From an uncultured Thermoplasmata archaeon (GTDB lineage: Archaea > Thermoplasmatota > Thermoplasmata > Lutacidiplasmatales > UBA184): DNA of 64,000 nucleotides. The notes beneath the pieces were generated by a model. That model was not told the DNA's origin. It made no database searches and worked only from the letters and a program-made list of their open reading frames with translations. Location of the stretch: NCBI GenBank assembly GCA_963842165.1, contig CAWJFK010000029.1, forward strand, positions 94,308 through 158,307. The letters run 5' to 3'. Both the position numbers and the translations under genes were made by a program. Of the stretch, positions 58,406 to 64,000 are shown one piece after another; positions within the stretch are counted from its first letter, which is position 1; every line of letters starts with the position of its first letter.

Positions 58406-59458
58406 GTGGAAGCGATTTCTCCAGGCACAGGCCACGCTGACAGCGCAGCTGACCGGCTGCCCGCTTATCCGGCCGACTCCGCCCGCTCGCAAGAGGATGC
58501 CGCCGAGCTGGCGGCGGTCGGCGGCGCGCTGGTGACAGCCATCGTCGCGCAGCGCTGGAACGAGGCCAACCGGACGTGGCTCCAGCGGCGGATCGGCGCG
58601 TCGCCGTACCGGCAAACCCGCGAGGAGGTGACCGTGAGGGCCGGTGCCCTCCTCGGGGGGACGCTGGCCTACCTGCTCGTGACCGGAGCGACGCAGGGCC
58701 TGCGCCGGCTCCAGGACCGTAATGGGCAACGCGAGATTGCCCGGAGCATCTGCCGGATCCTCCGTGTCGCTGCCACCGCACCTGACGGTTCGATGCCCGA
58801 GGAGGCCGGCTTCATCGTCGAGTCTGCCCTGATAAGCACGGGCGTGGGCGCCAGGACCCGTAAGCGCCTGCTTGCCGAGCCGCGGCCGGCCTCGGTCAGC
58901 GACCTGGGAGCGTGCCCGCTTCCCGAACCGCTGCTCTCAGCGGTCGCGGTCATCGCTTTCACAGCCATGGCCGAGGCAACCAGCCCGCAGGACGCGGTCC
59001 GGCAGATGCCTGCCTTGCTGCGCCGGATGGGACTGGCCCGGCCGGCTGCGGATACGAAGGCCGGGGAGCTCCTGGAGGAATACACCGGCACGTACCTGGT
59101 TCTTTCCGATCTCTCAGCGCAGTTGCGAACCGAAGCACCGCAGCGTCCCTTCCGGGTCCGCCTTCCGGTCGCCACGATGATGGCGGTCGGCGAGGGGATC
59201 AACGCGCACAATACGAACGAGCTACACCGCCAGGTCACCCGCCAGGCAATGGCCACACTCCTCAGGCGCGGTATCCGTGCCACGGTCAGCTCCGGCATAC
59301 CACTTCACCCAGCCGCATCCACCGTGATCCGAGCGGTCGGCCACTTCCTTGACGAGGAAGTACCGGCACTGCCGGCGCAGAGCGCAACCACAACCGCTGG
59401 CCCCTGCTTAGTAGCCGCGGGAGCGGTCGACCACGTTGAGGAGGGGCTGGCCGTCTAG
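58406..59458 (+). CDS. Hypothetical protein (350 aa)
   Basis: Intact ORF with an SD-like AGGGGG 7 nt upstream of the GTG. Ala/Leu-rich, and I recognise no family. It has noticeably more A/T-ending codons than its neighbours. Confidence 0.45.
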   Translation: MEAISPGTGHADSAADRLPAYPADSARSQEDAAELAAVGGALVTAIVAQRWNEANRTWLQRRIGASPYRQTREEVTVRAGALLGGTLAYLLVTGATQGLRRLQDRNGQREIARSICRILRVAATAPDGSMPEEAGFIVESALISTGVGARTRKRLLAEPRPASVSDLGACPLPEPLLSAVAVIAFTAMAEATSPQDAVRQMPALLRRMGLARPAADTKAGELLEEYTGTYLVLSDLSAQLRTEAPQRPFRVRLPVATMMAVGEGINAHNTNELHRQVTRQAMATLLRRGIRATVSSGIPLHPAASTVIRAVGHFLDEEVPALPAQSATTTAGPCLVAAGAVDHVEEGLAV

Positions 59459-60434
59459 GTACCGCCGGAGGTTGTCGGCGAACAGCTGCCGCAGCGGCCC
59501 GGCCATGTTCGCCTCCCCGCTGGCCGAGATGTGCGGTGTCAGCAGGATCTGCGGCAGCCGGGTGAGTTCCGGCCGCGGCGGCTGGCCGGCGAGCTCGCCG
59601 GCGTAGACGTCCAGCACGGCGCCGCGGATCCGCCCGGCGGTGACCGCGTCGACGAGGGCGTCCTCGTCGACCTCCTCGCCCCGGGCGACGTTAATGAGCA
59701 CCGCGTCCGGTTTCATCGCCGCGAAGACCGCGGCGTTGATGAACCCGCGGGTCTCGTCCGTCAGCTGCGAGCAGACGACGAGGAAGTCGCTGTCGGCGGC
59801 CACCTGCGAGGATCCGGTCGGCCGGCAGCACCAGGTCCGCCCCGTCAGCATCAGGCAGCGGGGCGGTGACCGAGCGGCGGGTGCCGATCACCCGCATGCC
59901 GGCCGCACGCGACAGCCGGGCCACCTCCCGGCCGATGCCGCCCAGGCCGATGATCCCCATCGTCGCCCCGCGCAAGGTCAGCATCCGGTAACCCTCACGG
60001 GTGAACTGGCCGGCGGCCTTCTGCCGGGCGGCCTCGTGCAGGCCCCGGGCGAAGTGCGCCGCCGCCGCCAGCGCGTACTCGGCGATGGCCGTGGCCGCCA
60101 CCGCACCGCGGCTGCTGGTCAAGGTGACCTGCGAGGCCCACAGGTCGGTCCCGGCCAGGTTCGAGACCCCGGCCTGGGTGTGATGCGCCCACACCAGGCG
60201 CGGTGACATGGCGGCGAGGCCCTCAGGGACCGGGTAGCCGACCAGCAGCACCTCAGCCTGAGCAAGGATGTCCGCCAGCCGACCGGGCCGGCCGCCGCCA
60301 CCGCCCGATCCCGCCCGGTGCCCCGGGGCGGCGAAGTTGGCGTCGAAGACCCGCACCCGGGGGTCGACGTCGCTCACGAACGACAGATCCCGCCCCAGCA
60401 CCGGAGCTATGACCGCAACGTTGACCTCGTCCAT
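59408..60434 (-). CDS. D-isomer-specific 2-hydroxyacid dehydrogenase (frame-disrupted)
   Basis: MDEVNVAVIAP..GIIGLGGIGREVARL.. (frame of ORF 59691..61271) joins ..VAADSDFLVVCSQLTDETRGFIN..LINVARGEEVDE..LTPHISA.. (ORF 59408..59851). The shift is at about 59810. GGAGG lies 5 nt before the ATG. Confidence 0.85.
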
Positions 60435-60529
60435 GCAACCTCCGTCCTTCTCAAGCGTGCCAGAGCAGCCGCGACCACCCTCCCGCGAGCGGGTGAACTG
60501 CCACGCCTGGTAATGCTGCTCAGGCCGCA

Positions 60530-61404
60530 CAACCAGCCGCATCCACCGTCGACCATCGCCTGGAATTCGGCCACCTGCCCGCCGGGGCGCCCGGCCCGGC
60601 ACGGCGGCGAGTAGCCGTTGTGCGGCGCGAAGAACCCGATCGTGTTGTAGCCCCAGTAGTTCGTCAGGCCCTCCGCGACCAGGAACGATTCGGGCACGTT
60701 CTGATGGACCGGCAGCAGCTCGACGGTGGTGACGCCCAGATCGGTCAGGTGCGCGATGGCGGCCTGGTGGCCCAGCCCGGCGTAGGTGCCGCGCAGCTCG
60801 GGCGGGATGTCCGGGTTGCGCATGGTGAAGCCCTTGACGTGGACTTCGTAGATGACCGTGTTCGAGTAGAGGCGCCAGGGCCGCTGATACGTCGTGCCAG
60901 GAGAACTGCGGGTCGATGACCAGGCTGCGGGGCATGTGCCCGGCGGAGTCGAGGGCAGACGGCTTGGCCGGGTCGGCCGCGTCCTGGCCGAGCACCTCCG
61001 GCCCGAACGAAACCGTCCCGCTGACCGCCTTGGCGTAGGGGTCGAGTAGCAGCTTGGCCGGGTTGCACCGCAGGCCCCGGTCCGGGTCCCAGGGGCCGCC
61101 GACGCGGTACCCGTAGGCTTGCCCCGGGCCGATTCCCGGCAGGAAGGCATGCCAGATGTCGGCGTCGTAATCCGCCAGCGGGATCTGGGTTTCGGTGCCG
61201 GCCGCGTCGAACAGGCACAAGGTAACGCTATCGGCGACGGTGGAGGCGAGCGCGAAGTTCGTGCCCGCCACCCCCAGCTGCTCACCGGGCGTGGCACCCA
61301 GCGGGAACGGCCAGCCGGGCAGCGCGGTGCCCGGGCGGACGTCGGGGGCGGTCCGGGCGGCCGGGACCGCACCCGGCCGCGGTGGCGGCTTTGCTGGTGG
61401 TCAT
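60530..61404 (-). pseudogene. glgX: Glycogen debranching enzyme GlgX, N-terminal ~290 aa only (3'-truncated, frame-disrupted)
   Basis: ATG 61404 overlaps the upstream TGA. ..PGWPFPLGATPGEQLGVAGTNFALAS..LCLFD..WHAFLPGIGPGQAYGYRV..NPAKLLLDPYAK.. / ..TVIYEVHVKGFT..TTVELLPVH..NYWGYNTIGFFAPH..EFQAMVD. Homology then stops about 100 nt before the next gene, and the catalytic (beta/alpha)8 core is absent. Confidence 0.75.
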
Positions 61405-64000
61405 TGCTGTGCCCCTTTGCTGCTAGGTCGCGCAGGACGTCTCCGAGTGCCCGGACTGCGCCGTGGCGGCGCAGGATCACGTCGGCGATCAGGCCGGTCC
61501 AGCCGGTCTGGTGGAAGGCGCCGATCGCGGCGCCGTTGTCGCCGTGGAAGTACTCGCTGAAGATCAGGTTGTCCTTCCAGGCCGGGTCGGTCTGCATGAT
61601 CTCGGTCCCGCCGAAGCACGGCCGCCGTCCGCTGGCGTCCTTGGTGAACAGCGAGATCAGCCGGTCCTGCAGGTCGGCGACGATCTGGTCCAGGGTGAGC
61701 CGCTTGCCCGACCCGGTGGGGTATTCGATCTCCAGGTCGGCGCCGTAGAACCGGTGGTAGCGCTCCAGTGATTCGACCACCAGGTAGTTGACCGGCATCC
61801 AGATCGGGCCGCGCCAGTTGGAGTTGCCGCCGAACATGGAGGTGGTCGACTCGGCCGGCTCGTAGTCGACGGAGGCCTGGTAGCCCTCGGCGTCGAACTG
61901 GTAGGGATGGTCGCGGTGGTAGGCCGACAGCGCGCGCAGCCCGTGCGGGGACAGGAACTCGCTCTCGTCGAACAGCTTGGCGAACAGCTGCTCCAGCTGG
62001 GCGGGCCGGGCCACCGAGACCAGCAGCCGCTGGGCGCCCGCCTCGCCGCGCAGCTGCGGGTGCTCGCCCGGCTTGCTCAGGTCCCCGGCGCCCTGTTTCT
62101 GCAGGAACCGGGTGAAGGTCTTGTTCATGGTCAGCGCGTTCTGCAGCGTGCCGCCGTCGATGACCATGGCGGCCAGCGCCGGGATGATCCCGACCATGGA
62201 CCGGCTCTTGACCGGGACACTGTAGCCCGACGGGGTGATCAGCCGGTCGTAGAACAGCCCGTCGGTCTCGTCCCACAGGCCCTGCTGGTCCAGGGCGGTG
62301 CGGATGGCGGCGAAGTGCTCCAGGAACTTCAGCACCAGATCCTGGGCCTGGCGCTGGCCGGACCAGGTCAGCACGGCCGCGATCGCCCCCAGCGCCAGCG
62401 CGTAGGCGCCCATCCAGCCGGTGGCGTCGGACTGCTCCAGGATGTAGCCGGCGGGCAGGTGGGAGCGGTCGATCGGGCCGATGTTATCCAGGCCCAGGAA
62501 GCCGCCCTCGAACACGTTGTTGTCGTTGTCGTCTTCGCGGTTGACCCACCAGGTGAAGTTGACCAGCAGCTTGTCGAACACCCGGGACAGGAAATCGTAG
62601 TCGCGGCCGCCGTCGATGGCGAAGACCTGCAGCGCCGCCCAGGCGTGCACCGGCGGGTTGACGTCGCCGAAGTCCCACTCATACGCCGGCAGCGCCCCCT
62701 GCGGGTGCTGGAACCACTCCCGGCAGATCAAGATCAGCTGGTACTTGGCGAACGCCGGGTCCAGGTGCGCCAGGGTGACGGTGTGGAAGGCCAGGTCCCA
62801 GGCGGCGAACCACGGATACTCCCACTTGTCCGGCATCGAGATGATGTCGAACCCCTCGAAGTTGCGCCACTTGGAGTTCCGCGCGGTCTTGCGCGCCGCG
62901 GGCGGCGTCGGCTGGGTCGGGTCGCCGTCCAGCCAGCGGGCCACGTCGTAGTAGAACAGCTGCTTGCTCCACAGCATCCCCGCCGACGCCTGCCGCAGCA
63001 CCAGCGCCTCATCGGCGCTGGCGCCGGCCGGCGTCAGCTCGGCGTAGAACTCATCGGCCTCGGCCTTGCGCTGGGCCATCACCTGATCGAAGTCCGTGCC
63101 GAGCGCGGTCGCCGCCTTGGCCGCCGCCGCCTGGCCGTGGACGTGCCCGCCCGGCGGCGGCCGGGCCGCAGCCGCAGCCGCAGCTCGGCGCTCTGCCCGG
63201 CCGGCACGGTGACCTGGTACCAGAACGCGCACTTGGTGCCGGCGCCGACCGGGTTGACCGTGGCCGCGCCGTGGATCACGTGGTCGTTGATGCCGTCCTT
63301 GGGATACGGCGTGACCGCGGTCGGCGCCGTACAGCCCGGCCAGGTTCGTCTCGTTCTCGCAGAACAGCAGCTGCGGGTCCGCGCCGCCGGGGGCGGCCGC
63401 CCCGATCAGCTCCAGGGCGCCCAGGAACGGATGGTCGATGGCCACCGACCGGTCACCGGAGGCCCGCAGCGCCGGCCGGGGCTCGTCGTCACCCCAGGAC
63501 CAGGTGTTGCGGAACCAGGCGGTCGGCAGCACGTGCAGCGTCTCGGTCTCCGGCCCGGCGTTGGTGACCTGGATGGACATCAGCAGGTCATCGGGCCCGG
63601 CCTTGGCGTAGTGCACCTCGGTGATCCAGTACCGGTCGTCGTTGAACGCGCCGGTATCCAGCAGCTCGTACTCCGGCTGGTACCGGCTCCGGCCGGCATT
63701 GGTATCGATCAGGTCCTGATACGGGAACGCGCCCTGCGGATAGTGGTAGCGCCACCGGTTCCAGGCGTGGCTGGGCACCGCGTCCAGGTACCACCAGTAC
63801 TCCTTGACGTCCTCGCCGTGGTTGCCCTGCGGGCCGGTCAGCCCGAACGCGCGCTCCTTCAAGATCGGGTCCCGCCCGTTCCACAGCGCCAGGCTGAAAG
63901 GCACAGCCGCTGCTCGATATCGCAGAACCCGGCCAGGCCGTCCTCACCCCACCGGTAGGCCCGGGACCGCGCCTGATCATGCGGCAGGTAATCCCACGCG
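61401..64000 (-). CDS. MGH1-like / GH63-family glycoside hydrolase (runs off the window; at least four frame disruptions)
   Basis: ..[33 protein letters not shown] / [22 protein letters not shown]..; ..[38 protein letters not shown] in an alternative frame (63079-63279); (alpha/alpha)6 part ..[50 protein letters not shown]... The probable stop TGA 61401-61403 is reached only after a shift at about 61410-61440. Confidence 0.8.

Noticed and set aside
1-64000. CRISPR arrays, rRNA genes, IS elements, integrases, and restriction-modification or toxin-antitoxin modules.
   Set aside because: I found no regularly spaced direct repeats, no rRNA-like conserved stretches, and no transposase, integrase, Cas, methylase-endonuclease or toxin-like translations in any frame. 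The RHH and AbrB-like proteins have no adjacent toxin partner.
1-64000. Programmed ribosomal frameshifting or an alternative genetic code as the cause of the many broken frames.
   Set aside because: Shift sites share no slippery heptamer or downstream structure, occur in both directions (+1 and -1), and sometimes come in compensating pairs. Stops are otherwise used normally, so error or decay explains them better.

Overview
High-GC window, roughly 68-70% G+C judged by eye and not computed. It falls into two very different blocks.

Block 1 (149-54184) is an archaeal chromosomal segment. Gene content looks euryarchaeal, and a Thermoplasmatota-like origin is only an inference. Its genes include:
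- Isoprenoid and lipid genes: ipk, idi2, ubiX, two thiolase/DUF35 modules, a Tes-like radical SAM, pssA-psd and a Dpm1-like GT2.
- Informational genes: orc1/cdc6, serS, a Hef-like helicase, dphB, trmY, pelota, the rpoD-S11-S4-S13 cluster, S10-EF1alpha and MBF1.
- Other genes: kdpFABC plus a USP gene, guaA subunit A, an M61-PDZ peptidase, a CPA2 antiporter, a divergent FtsZ paralogue behind an RHH regulator, dnaJ, citrate synthase, argF, and several hypothetical proteins.
- Many starts sit about 25-32 nt downstream of TATA-like boxes, the leaderless style.

Block 2 (54456-64000) carries products typical of high-GC Gram-positive bacteria:
- A cyclase-ATPase-TPR regulator, an HIBADH-type and a D-2-hydroxyacid dehydrogenase, glgX, and an MGH1/GH63-like hydrolase.
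- Starts here are SD-led.
- Three of the genes are truncated or internally deleted remnants. The first gene is cut inside its cyclase domain exactly at the block boundary.

Across both blocks I infer about 45 single-base frame disruptions in otherwise well-conserved genes. This looks like unpolished single-molecule assembly error rather than biology. Merged coordinates are given for such genes.

I saw no rRNA, tRNA, CRISPR array, transposase or integrase.

Candidates for follow-up:
- the inter-domain junction at about 54.2-54.5 kb;
- the RHH / divergent-FtsZ module with a palindromic operator;
- a thiolase partnered with a Cys-less half-HMGCS-like domain fused to DUF35;
- an intact 518-aa orphan Zn-motif protein;
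- the lysine-rich extensions on uS13 and other proteins.
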